The position numbers and the translations under genes were made by a program. From Gaiellaceae bacterium (GTDB taxonomy: Bacteria > Actinomycetota > Thermoleophilia > Gaiellales > Gaiellaceae): a stretch of 26,266 bases of DNA. Below, in pieces: positions 1 to 7,733 of this stretch. How positions within the stretch are numbered: the first letter of the stretch is position 1; each line of letters starts with the position of its first letter. A model generated the notes under the pieces. That model saw only the letters and a program-made list of their open reading frames with translations, did not search any database and was not told the origin of the DNA. Location of the stretch: NCBI GenBank assembly GCA_035266765.1, contig DATFMW010000254.1, forward strand, positions 1 to 26,266, read 5' to 3'.

Positions 1-561
1 GTAGTTCGCGACGACCGCGCCCGCCGCGGCCGCGGCGCGCACGTTCAGGAGCGCGAGCCGCCCGTCGTTCGTCCAGGCGTCCTCGTAGAGCGCGCACTTG
101 CGCAGGCCCTCACCGTGAAGCTGCGGCACCATCCGGTGCGCGCGCTCGAGCTCGACGAGCCCGTTCAGGCGCGCCCGGGCGAGCGTCGAGTAGAGGACGA
201 TCCCGGCCTGGACGAACCAGGGCCGGTACGGGCCGTCCTCGTAGAGCGGAAACAGGAACGGCAGCCGCCGGACGAGGTGCGGCGCGACGATCGTCATCAG
301 GAGGCGCCGCTCGTGGTGCGCCTCGCGGACGAGGCCGACATCGCCGAGCCGGAGGTAGCGCAGGCCGCCGTGGATCAGCTTCGACGAGGCGCTCGAGGTG
401 GCACCGCCGAAGTCGCCGCGCTCGACGAGCGCGACCGAGAGCCCGTGCGCGCTCGCGGCCTCGGCGATCCCGGCGCCGACGATGCCGCCGCCGACGACGA
501 GCAGGTCGAACCGCTGGGTCCCGAGCCGCTCGAGCGCGGCCGCCCGGTCTAGGACAGCCAC
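1..561 (-). CDS. glpD: FAD-dependent glycerol-3-phosphate dehydrogenase/oxidase, N-terminal part (runs off the window start)
   Basis: Not in the ORF track because it has no stop in the window. Manual translation from GTG at 561 gives MAVLDRAAALERLGTQRFDLLVVGGGIVGAGIA...ERGDFGGATSSASSKLIHGGLRYL. This contains the GxGxxG FAD motif and the GlpD signature S..KLIHGGLRYL. The start overlaps the stop of the upstream PHP gene by 13 bp. Confidence 0.9.
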   Translation of the reverse strand, partial: MAVLDRAAALERLGTQRFDLLVVGGGIVGAGIAEAASAHGLSVALVERGDFGGATSSASSKLIHGGLRYLRLGDVGLVREAHHERRLLMTIVAPHLVRRLPFLFPLYEDGPYRPWFVQAGIVLYSTLARARLNGLVELERAHRMVPQLHGEGLRKCALYEDAWTNDGRLALLNVRAAAAAGAVVANY

Positions 562-1466
562 AGCGGATTCGTCCAGGCGCGACCGCCGTCGGCGTCGGCG
601 ACCTCGAGCCGTCCGTAGGGGCCGTCCCAGGGCCGCTCGAGCCGGCACGCGGTGATGAGCCCGTTCGCGTCGCGCTCGAGCACCTGGGATGCGTACGGGT
701 AGCCGAGCCGGCCGGCATTCGCCCGGGCGCCGCGGCGGCGCGACGAGACGAGCGTGACGCTCCGGGCGGGGCTCGTGCGCACGACGACCGCGTCGTCCGA
801 GAGCTCGAGGCTCTCGATCGCCGGCCCCGTCGAGCCGTAGAAGGAGCCGGTGCGAAGCGCGTCGAGCACGGCCGCCTGCGAGCGCTCCGCCGCACGCACC
901 ATCGTCCACGCGTAGCCGCTGTCGTAGCCGGGATGGTGCGAGTCGTCGGTGACGAGCCCGTACAGGAGCCGTCCGCGCTCGAGCGCCTCGTCCCAGTGGA
1001 GCGACGAGTCGCCGCGACCGACCTCGAGCTCGCAGCCGGCGTTCCACACCTCGAGCCCGAGGAGCCCCTCGCAACCCTCCCACTGGTCGGCGCGCAGGCC
1101 GCTCCAGTACGTGTGCGCGATGTACGGGACGCCGCCGTTGGCGAGGATCCACGCCACGACGTCGGCGAGCGGCTCGAAGTCGCCGGCGGGCGCCACCGGG
1201 TCGGCCTCGACGCCGAGCGCGAGCACGTGCGCGTCGTCGTCGGCACCCGGCGCGCAGGCGTCCAGCTCGGTGGACGGGATCACGAGCAGCTTCCGCGTGG
1301 AGGGCTCGACGGTCCGCACCCAGTGGTCGGTGATCGCCAGCACGTCGTAGCCCGCCCACTCGTAGTGGCGGACGAGCATCTCCGGCGGCAACTCCCCGTC
1401 CGAGTTCGTGGTGTGGGCGTGGAGCGCGCAGCGCAGCCAGATGCCCTCGGCGGAGAACGGATTCAC
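549..1466 (-). CDS. PHP-domain metal-dependent phosphoesterase/hydrolase (CehA/McbA-like)
   Basis: PHP motifs LHAHTTNSDG (HxH), ITDH, IAH and DDSHH. I chose the GTG at 1466 over the ORF-track start at 1520 because a TAGGGT -10 box lies 7 nt upstream of it. Confidence 0.8.
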   Translation of the reverse strand: MNPFSAEGIWLRCALHAHTTNSDGELPPEMLVRHYEWAGYDVLAITDHWVRTVEPSTRKLLVIPSTELDACAPGADDDAHVLALGVEADPVAPAGDFEPLADVVAWILANGGVPYIAHTYWSGLRADQWEGCEGLLGLEVWNAGCELEVGRGDSSLHWDEALERGRLLYGLVTDDSHHPGYDSGYAWTMVRAAERSQAAVLDALRTGSFYGSTGPAIESLELSDDAVVVRTSPARSVTLVSSRRRGARANAGRLGYPYASQVLERDANGLITACRLERPWDGPYGRLEVADADGGRAWTNPLWLS

Positions 1467-1473
1467 GGGCCCG

Positions 1474-1479
1474 ACCCTA
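1474..1479 (-). promoter_or_regulatory. Putative -10 box (TAGGGT) for a leaderless PHP-glpD transcript
   Basis: The minus strand reads TAGGGT-cgggccc-GTG, a TANNNT hexamer 7 nt before the start codon, with no Shine-Dalgarno sequence. Confidence 0.55.
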
Positions 1480-1581
1480 TCGCTCTGGTGACGGGCCCGT
1501 GACAGGACTGATATACGCATTGAATCCTGATCGCGGACGTGCTTCGATCACCACTCCGCACCATTCCGACCTGGAGGGCAT

Positions 1582-2775
1582 ATGGAGGACTACGAGGCGC
1601 AAGAGATCGAGTTCTGGCGCAAGCTCGAGGAAGAGGAGATGAGCCGCTCCCAGATGCTGAAGCGCAGCATCGCGGCGGCGACCGGCCTCACCATCCTCTC
1701 GGCTCCGGGCGTCGCACTCGCCTCGCGCGGCCGCAGCGGCGCGGCGAAGCCGCCGCGGAAGGGCAAGCTCATCTCGATGAAGGAGCTCGTCGCAGAGGCC
1801 AAGAAGGAAGGCCACCTCAACACGATCGCGCTCCCGCCCGACTGGGCGAACTACGGCGAGATGATGTCGACGTTCCAGAAGAAGTACAAGATCCCGATCA
1901 CGAACTCGAACCCCGACGGCAGCTCGGCCCAGGAGAACCAGGCGGTCTCGTCGCTCAAGGGCGACTCACGCGCCCCGGACTGCGTCGACGACGGTCCCGC
2001 GTTCGCGATTCAGGGCACGATCGACGGCCTGTTCGACCGCTACTACGTCCGCAACTACGCGACGATCCCGCGCGCGATGAAGGACACGCGCGGCTACTGG
2101 ACGGGCGACTACTGGGGCGCCGTTTCGATCGGCTACAACTCGAGCATCGTCAAGACGCCGCCGAAGGCGTGGAAGGACCTGCTCAACCCGGAGTACAGGG
2201 GCCAGGTCGCCATGAACGGCTCGCCGCTCACCGCGGGCTCCGCGGTCGCCGGCGTCTTCGCCGCCGCGCTCGGGAACGGCGGCTCGCTCACGAACGTCGC
2301 TCCCGGCATCGACTTCTTCGCATCGCTGAAGAAGGCCGGCAACTGGCTGCCCGTCGACGCGTCCCCGCAGACCGTCGCCTCCGGCCAGACCCCGATCGTG
2401 ATCGACTGGGACTACCTGAACCTCGCGTACGCGAAGGAGTTCCCGGCTGCGAACTGGAAGGTCACGATCCCGGCCGACGGCGTGTACGGCTCGTACTACT
2501 GCCAGGCGATCAACGCGACCGCTCCGCACCCGTGGGCGGCACGACTCTGGCAGGAGTTCCTGTACTCCGACCAGGGTCAGATCATCTGGCTGAAGGGCTT
2601 CACGCATCCGGCCCGGTTCCAGGACCTGGCGAAGCGGAAGAAGATCCCGAGCACGCTGCTGAAGGCTCTGCCGCCGGCGGCGCTGTACTCGAAGATCAAG
2701 TTCGCCTCGAACGGCCAGCAGACGAAGGCGAAGAAACTGATCGCCACCGACTGGCCGTCGAAGATGGGGGCCTAG
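1582..2775 (+). CDS. ABC transporter substrate-binding protein (PotD/AfuA-like class II SBP) with Tat-like signal
   Basis: SD GGAGGG upstream. Tat-like SRSQMLK motif followed by a hydrophobic stretch and an ALA cleavage site. SBP-like segments IALPPDWANYG, W.DLL.PEY.G and DWDYLNL. First gene of an SBP-permease-permease-ATPase run. An alternative ATG lies at 1639. Confidence 0.85.
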   Translation: MEDYEAQEIEFWRKLEEEEMSRSQMLKRSIAAATGLTILSAPGVALASRGRSGAAKPPRKGKLISMKELVAEAKKEGHLNTIALPPDWANYGEMMSTFQKKYKIPITNSNPDGSSAQENQAVSSLKGDSRAPDCVDDGPAFAIQGTIDGLFDRYYVRNYATIPRAMKDTRGYWTGDYWGAVSIGYNSSIVKTPPKAWKDLLNPEYRGQVAMNGSPLTAGSAVAGVFAAALGNGGSLTNVAPGIDFFASLKKAGNWLPVDASPQTVASGQTPIVIDWDYLNLAYAKEFPAANWKVTIPADGVYGSYYCQAINATAPHPWAARLWQEFLYSDQGQIIWLKGFTHPARFQDLAKRKKIPSTLLKALPPAALYSKIKFASNGQQTKAKKLIATDWPSKMGA

Positions 2776-2805
2776 CTCCATCTCCAGCACCACTGCAGAG
2801 GAGAC

Positions 2806-2836
2806 TCTCCGGCCGGACCGCGTGTCCGGCCGGAGA
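2806..2836 (+). promoter_or_regulatory. 13-bp perfect stem-loop between the SBP and the first permease, covering the permease start codon
   Basis: TCTCCGGCCGGAC (2806-2818), loop CGCGT, then GTCCGGCCGGAGA (2824-2836). The GTG start at 2822-2824 sits in the loop and top of the stem. Confidence 0.6.
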
Positions 2837-3676
2837 CGTTTCCGGCTCGCCTGGATCGGCACGCTTCCGTTCTTCGCGTACGCGATCGCCTTCCTGTTCC
2901 TGCCCGCCGGGGAGGTGCTCGTCGGCGCGTTCAAGGGCGCCCACGGCGGCTGGACGTTCTCAAACCTGACCGAGCTCGTCCACCAGCCGTACCTGCACGC
3001 CTTCCGGGCGAGCATCGAGATCAGCCTCGTCACCGCGCTGCTCGGCGGCGCGATCGGGATCGGGCTCGCCTACGCGGCGATCCGCGAGGGGACGCCGCGC
3101 TGGATCCGGAACGGGCTGACCACCTTCTCGGGGGTTGCCGCGAACTTCGGCGGCGTCCCACTCGCGTTCGCGTTCATCGCCACCCTCGGCACGATCGGGG
3201 TGGCGACCCAGTTCATGCAGAACCAGCTCCACCTCAACGTCTGGCAGGGCTACCAGCTGTTCACGAAGACAGGCATCGAGATCGTCTACCTCTACTTCCA
3301 GATCCCGCTGATGGTGCTCGTGATCGCACCCGCGATCGACGGGCTGCGCCGCGAGTGGCGGGAGGCGGCGGCGAACCTCGGCGCGAACTCGTGGCAGTTC
3401 TGGCGCCACGTCGGCCTGCCGGTGCTGATGCCGTCGATCCTCGGCGCCATGATCCTGCTGTTCGGGAACGCGTTCGCCGCGTATGCGACGGCGTTCTCGC
3501 TCACGAGCGGGAACATCTACATCGTCCCGGTCGTGATCGGCGCGTACTACACGGGCAACGTCTTCTCGAACCCGCACCTCGCGCAGGCACTCGCGATGGG
3601 GATGTTCATCGTGCTCGTCGTGATGATGGTGCTCTACGTGCCGCTTCAGCGGCGCGCGGCGAGGTGGGCCAAGTGA
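2822..3676 (+). CDS. ABC transporter permease (PotB-like)
   Basis: Multiple TM segments and an EAA loop (WREAAANLGANSWQFWRHVGLP). Confidence 0.9.
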   Translation: MSGRRRFRLAWIGTLPFFAYAIAFLFLPAGEVLVGAFKGAHGGWTFSNLTELVHQPYLHAFRASIEISLVTALLGGAIGIGLAYAAIREGTPRWIRNGLTTFSGVAANFGGVPLAFAFIATLGTIGVATQFMQNQLHLNVWQGYQLFTKTGIEIVYLYFQIPLMVLVIAPAIDGLRREWREAAANLGANSWQFWRHVGLPVLMPSILGAMILLFGNAFAAYATAFSLTSGNIYIVPVVIGAYYTGNVFSNPHLAQALAMGMFIVLVVMMVLYVPLQRRAARWAK

Positions 3677-4476
3677 GGACGCGCCGCTTCATCGCGCCGT
3701 CCGCGGCGGTGTGGCTCCTCCTCGGCGCCGCGTACTTCCTGATCCCGCTGCTCGCGACGTTCCTGTTCAGCCTGCGCTCGCTGCAGACCGGCAAGTGCTG
3801 CACCATCGCGTCGTACACGTGGGTCTGGCACAACGGCGAGTTCTGGCAGACGCTGAAGCTCTCGGTCGAGCTCGCCCTCGAGACGATCGCGATCAGCCTC
3901 GCCCTGTTCGTGCCGACGGTCTACTGGGTGCACCTGAAGGTGCCGCGCCTGCGGCCGGTGCTCGCGTTCCTCGCCCTCATCCCGTTCGTCGTACCGCCGA
4001 TCGTGCTCGTCGTCGGCCTGCTCAACCTGTACCGGGGCGCGCCGAGCTGGTTCTACGGCAAGCCCTGGGGCTTCCTCGTCGCGTCGTACGTGATCCTCGC
4101 CTTCCCGTACATGTTCTTCTCGCTCGACTCCGGCTTCCGGGCGATCGACGTGCACACGCTGACGGAGGCGTCGCAGAGTCTCGGCGCGAGCTGGCCGCGG
4201 ACGCTGTTCAGGGTCATCCTCCCGAACATCCGCGCCGCCGCGCTCGCCGGCTCGTTCCTCGCGCTCGCGATCGTGCTCGGCGAGTTCACGATCGCGAACC
4301 TCGCCCAGTTCCACACGTTCCCGATCTACCTCCAGTACGTGAACGAGACGCAGGCCTACGCCGCCGGGGCGGCGACCCTCGTCAGCTTCGGGATCACCTG
4401 GGCTGCGATGCTGTCCCTCCTCTTCGTCGGCCGCAGCCGCGGCGCCCGTCCAACCCAGATTGCAGGAGCCCGCTGA
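3673..4476 (+). CDS. ABC transporter permease (PotC-like)
   Basis: GTGA overlap with the upstream permease stop. TM helices and an EAA loop (LTEASQSLGASWPRTLFRVILPNI). Confidence 0.9.
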   Translation: MRTRRFIAPSAAVWLLLGAAYFLIPLLATFLFSLRSLQTGKCCTIASYTWVWHNGEFWQTLKLSVELALETIAISLALFVPTVYWVHLKVPRLRPVLAFLALIPFVVPPIVLVVGLLNLYRGAPSWFYGKPWGFLVASYVILAFPYMFFSLDSGFRAIDVHTLTEASQSLGASWPRTLFRVILPNIRAAALAGSFLALAIVLGEFTIANLAQFHTFPIYLQYVNETQAYAAGAATLVSFGITWAAMLSLLFVGRSRGARPTQIAGAR

Positions 4477-5582
4477 TGCCCTACCTCGAGCTGAACACCC
4501 TCGTCCGCCACTTCGGCCCCGTGAAGGCCCTCGACGGAATCGAGGTCGAGCTCGGGCAGGGCGAGTTCCTCTCGCTACTCGGCCCCTCCGGCTGCGGCAA
4601 GACGACCGCGCTCCGGCTCGTCGCCGGCTTCGACCGGCCGGACGCCGGCACGATCGTCGTCGACGGCCGCGACGTGACGCACGACTCGCCGAACAAGCGC
4701 GACATGGGCATGGTCTTCCAGGCGTACTCGCTCTTCCCGAACATGACCGCGGCCGAGAACGTCGAGTTCGGGCTGAAGGTCCGGCGGGCGGCGAAGCACG
4801 ACCGGCACAAGCGGGTCGGCGAGCTCCTCGAGCTCGTCGGGCTCGCGAACGCGGGCGACCGCTACCCGCACCAGCTCTCGGGCGGCATGCAGCAGCGGGT
4901 CGCGCTCGCGCGCGCGCTCGCGATCGAGCCGCGCGTGCTCCTGCTGGACGAGCCGCTGTCTGCACTCGACGCGAAGGTGCGCGTCCAGCTGCGCGAGGAG
5001 ATCCGGCGCATCCAGCTCGAGCTCGGGATCACGACGCTGTACGTCACGCACGACCAGGAGGAGGCGCTGTCGATCTCCGACCACGTCGCCGTCATGTACC
5101 GCGGACGCATCGAGCAGATGGGCTCGCCGGCGGAGATGTACAGCGCCCCGGCGACGCCGTTCGTGGCGGAGTTCATCGGCACGATGAACCGGCTCGAGTC
5201 GACGGTCGTCGACAGCGGGACCGGCGCGATCGAGCACAGTGGCGTGTCGCTCGTGGTCGAGGCCGCGCGGGGACGCGCGAAGGGTGAGCGCGTCCTGCTC
5301 CTCGTCCGGCCCGAGACGGTCGAGCTCGCCCGCTCCGACGGCGGCGGCGGGAACACGCTCGCCGGCGAGGTGATCACGCAGACGTTCCTCGGCCCCGTCA
5401 CGCGACTCAAGGTCCTCGGTCGCGGCACGGAGCTGATCGCCGACGTGCCGACCGCGACCGCGGCCGAGCTGCCGGTCGGGACGCGCGTGACCGCGACGGT
5501 GCCCGCCGCGGACGCCCGCCTGCTCGACCTCACGGACGAGCCGGTCGTACTGTCCGAAGAGCCAGCTCCGGCCGGTCCGTGA
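4476..5582 (+). CDS. ABC transporter ATP-binding protein (PotA/AfuC family, TOBE-like C-terminus)
   Basis: TGATG overlap with the permease. Walker A GPSGCGKT, signature LSGGMQQR, Walker B LLLDEPLSALD and H-loop YVTHDQEEA. Confidence 0.93.
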   Translation: MPYLELNTLVRHFGPVKALDGIEVELGQGEFLSLLGPSGCGKTTALRLVAGFDRPDAGTIVVDGRDVTHDSPNKRDMGMVFQAYSLFPNMTAAENVEFGLKVRRAAKHDRHKRVGELLELVGLANAGDRYPHQLSGGMQQRVALARALAIEPRVLLLDEPLSALDAKVRVQLREEIRRIQLELGITTLYVTHDQEEALSISDHVAVMYRGRIEQMGSPAEMYSAPATPFVAEFIGTMNRLESTVVDSGTGAIEHSGVSLVVEAARGRAKGERVLLLVRPETVELARSDGGGGNTLAGEVITQTFLGPVTRLKVLGRGTELIADVPTATAAELPVGTRVTATVPAADARLLDLTDEPVVLSEEPAPAGP

Positions 5583-6138
5583 AGATCCCGGCGACGCCGA
5601 TCGCCGCGAGCGAACGCATTCGCGCCGGCTCGTTCACGGTGTAGGCGAGCGGGACGAGCCCCGACGCGAGCGCGGAGGCGACCCCGCGCCTCGTCACGCG
5701 CCCGTCCACGAAGCCGGCCGCCCAGGCGCCCGCCGCGCCGCGCAGGGAGACGCCGAAGCCGACGTGCTGGACCGTTCGCAGGTCGGGCCGGAGCGCTCGC
5801 GCCTCCTCGAGCGCGGGCCGCTGGAAGCAGACGACAGCGTCCTCGTCGCCGAGCAGGCGGACCGTGCGCGCGACGAGGTCGTGGCGCCGGTAGCGGCGCG
5901 GCGTCTTCAACTCGGCCATCACGCCGATCCGGCCGCGGCAGAGGTCGAGCACCTCCTCCAGGGTCGGGTAGTCGCGGCCGCGGCGCGGCGCGTCGTGCGT
6001 GACGACGAGACGGCCCGCAGCGTCCGCGCGGACGTCGAGCTCGACGAAGTCGGCACCGACCTCGATCGCCCGCTCGAACGCCGGCAGCGTGTTCTCCGGC
6101 AGCTCCCAGGAGGCGCCGCGATGGGCGATCACGATCAC
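5530..6138 (-). CDS. Glycerophosphodiester phosphodiesterase (GDPD family)
   Basis: IAHRGAS, ENTLPAFERA, ELDV and a C-terminal IFTDRP. 4-bp overlap with the upstream HAD gene. Confidence 0.88.
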   Translation of the reverse strand: MIVIAHRGASWELPENTLPAFERAIEVGADFVELDVRADAAGRLVVTHDAPRRGRDYPTLEEVLDLCRGRIGVMAELKTPRRYRRHDLVARTVRLLGDEDAVVCFQRPALEEARALRPDLRTVQHVGFGVSLRGAAGAWAAGFVDGRVTRRGVASALASGLVPLAYTVNEPARMRSLAAIGVAGIFTDRPELALRTVRPARP

Positions 6139-6764
6139 GCGAGCAGCTCCGCGACCGTGGTTGCGTCGATGGACGGCACGAGCCGGTCGGCGAGCTCGAG
6201 CCGCTCGGCGCCGAGCGTCCGCGTCACGCCGACGACGTGCAGCCCGGCCACCTTCGCCGAGGCAACCCCCGCCTCGGTGTCCTCGAAGGCGGTGACATCC
6301 GCCGCCGGCAGGCCGAGACGAGCGACCGCGAGCTCGTATGGCTGCGGATCGGGCTTCCCGCGTGTGACGTCCTCGGAGGAGACGACGATCGTGAACAGAT
6401 CGGCGAGGCCGGCCGCACCGAGGACGGCGTCGATCTCCTCGCGCGTGGCCGCCGAGACGACGCCGACGGGGACGCGCGCAGCAGCGAGGCGCACGGCGGC
6501 GCGCACGTCCTCGGTGACGGTGCTCCCGTCGCGCGCCCGCTCGACGTAGCGATCGATCCGCGCCCGGACGAGCTCCTCATCGGCGCGCCCGAGCCAGCGC
6601 AGGATGATCTCCTCCTCGGTGTTCCCCGCGAGCTCCTCGAAGTAGGCCTGCTCGGTCAGCGGCCGGCCGTGCTCGGCGAAGAGCTCGGCGTAGACCGCAT
6701 AGAGAATCGGCTCGTCGTCGGAGAGCGTGCCGTTGAAGTCGAAGACGATCGAGCGCGGCGGCAT
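6135..6764 (-). CDS. HAD-family hydrolase (beta-PGM/CbbY-like phosphatase)
   Basis: Motif I FDFNGTL, motif II VVSA, KPDP and motif IV FEDT. ATG at 6764 chosen; the longer ORF-track extension overlaps the divergent EamA gene. Confidence 0.85.
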   Translation of the reverse strand: MPPRSIVFDFNGTLSDDEPILYAVYAELFAEHGRPLTEQAYFEELAGNTEEEIILRWLGRADEELVRARIDRYVERARDGSTVTEDVRAAVRLAAARVPVGVVSAATREEIDAVLGAAGLADLFTIVVSSEDVTRGKPDPQPYELAVARLGLPAADVTAFEDTEAGVASAKVAGLHVVGVTRTLGAERLELADRLVPSIDATTVAELLA

Positions 6765-6773
6765 CGGACGGGG

Positions 6774-6783
6774 ATCGTAGTCT
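6774..6783. promoter_or_regulatory. Overlapping divergent -10 boxes (bidirectional promoter)
   Basis: Plus strand: TAGTCT (6778-6783) 6 nt before ATG 6790. Minus strand: TACGAT (6779-6774) 9 nt before ATG 6764. Only 25 bp separate the two starts. Confidence 0.55.
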
Positions 6784-6789
6784 CCGCGC

Positions 6790-7611
6790 ATGCCGACCTC
6801 AGCGCTTCTGCTCGCGCTCGCCGCGGCCGGTGTCCATGCCCTCTGGAACGTGCTGCTCGCGAACGCGCGCGACCCGCGCGCGGCGACGGCGATCGCGCTG
6901 CTCGTGGCCGAGCTCGTGTTCGCGCCGGTCACGTTCGCGGTGTGGGACGTGCACGCCGCCGTGTGGCCGTTCCTGGTCGCGAGCGGGACGCTCCAGCTCG
7001 TCTACTTCGGCCTGCTCGCGACCGCGTATCGCCTCGCACCGCTTTCGGTCGTCTACCCGATCGCGCGCGGGGTCGCCCCGGTGCTCGTGCTCGGCGTCGG
7101 CGTCGCCGTGCTGGGGCGGGCGACGACCGCCGGGGAGGTGGCCGGCGTCCTACTCGTCGGGGCGGGCGTGCTGCTCGTGCGCGGCCCCGGTCGCGGCGCG
7201 GGCCGGGGGGCCGCGTTCGGGCTTGCGATCGCGTGCGTGATCGCGACGTACACGCTCGTCGACAAGCAGGGCGTGACCCACGCGGGCGCGGTGCCCTACC
7301 TCGAGCTGTCGATGCTCGGGCCCTCGCTCGTCTACGCGGCCGTCATCTTCCGCCGGCGCACCGCCGCCGAGCTGCGCGCGGAGCTGCGGCCGGCCACGTT
7401 CGTCGCCGGGATCGCGACCTTCGGCGCGTACGCACTCGTCCTGCTTGCGCTCCAGCGCGCGGCCGCCGCCCCCGTCGCCGCCGTCCGCGAGACGAGCGTC
7501 GTGCTCACCGCGCTCCTGGCCCGGCAGGTTCTGCGCGAGACCGTCGGCTGGCAGCGAATCGTCGGCGCCGCGGCCGTCGCGGGCGGCATCGCGCTGCTCG
7601 CGCTCGCCTGA
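6790..7611 (+). CDS. EamA/DMT-family transporter
   Basis: About 10 hydrophobic segments in two EamA-like repeats, with LSVVYPIARG and VAAVRETSV motifs. Confidence 0.88.
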   Translation: MPTSALLLALAAAGVHALWNVLLANARDPRAATAIALLVAELVFAPVTFAVWDVHAAVWPFLVASGTLQLVYFGLLATAYRLAPLSVVYPIARGVAPVLVLGVGVAVLGRATTAGEVAGVLLVGAGVLLVRGPGRGAGRGAAFGLAIACVIATYTLVDKQGVTHAGAVPYLELSMLGPSLVYAAVIFRRRTAAELRAELRPATFVAGIATFGAYALVLLALQRAAAAPVAAVRETSVVLTALLARQVLRETVGWQRIVGAAAVAGGIALLALA

Positions 7612-7629
7612 CCCACCGCATCCGCAACA

Positions 7630-7702
7630 GCCATGTCCCGCGACCTGGTCGCAGGACATGGCCGCCGGAGCCATGGCTCGTGACCTGGTCACGGGACATG
7701 GC
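7630..7702. repeat. Tandem pair of 33-bp imperfect palindromes (REP-like), 40-bp period
   Basis: Copy 1 (7630-7662) GCCATGTCCCGCGACCTGGTCGCAGGACATGGC; copy 2 (7670-7702) GCCATGGCTCGTGACCTGGTCACGGGACATGGC. Each has 16-bp arms around a central T. They lie between convergent genes. Confidence 0.8.
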
Positions 7703-7733
7703 CGGTCGGGGCACGTCCGGAAAGGCCGCGACG

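Noticed and set aside
1520-1548. Promoter TTGAAT-17-TTCGAT for the first ABC operon
   Set aside because: The -10 box lacks the conserved A at position 2, so it is too weak to call.
1549-2794. Recurring CACCACT motif near SBP genes (1549, 2788, and about 18820-18835 on the minus strand)
   Set aside because: Only 7 bp, with no consistent spacing or symmetry; chance cannot be excluded.
7630-7702. Possible mini-CRISPR array
   Set aside because: Only two units, a 7-bp spacer and no cas genes. Kept as a REP-like repeat instead.
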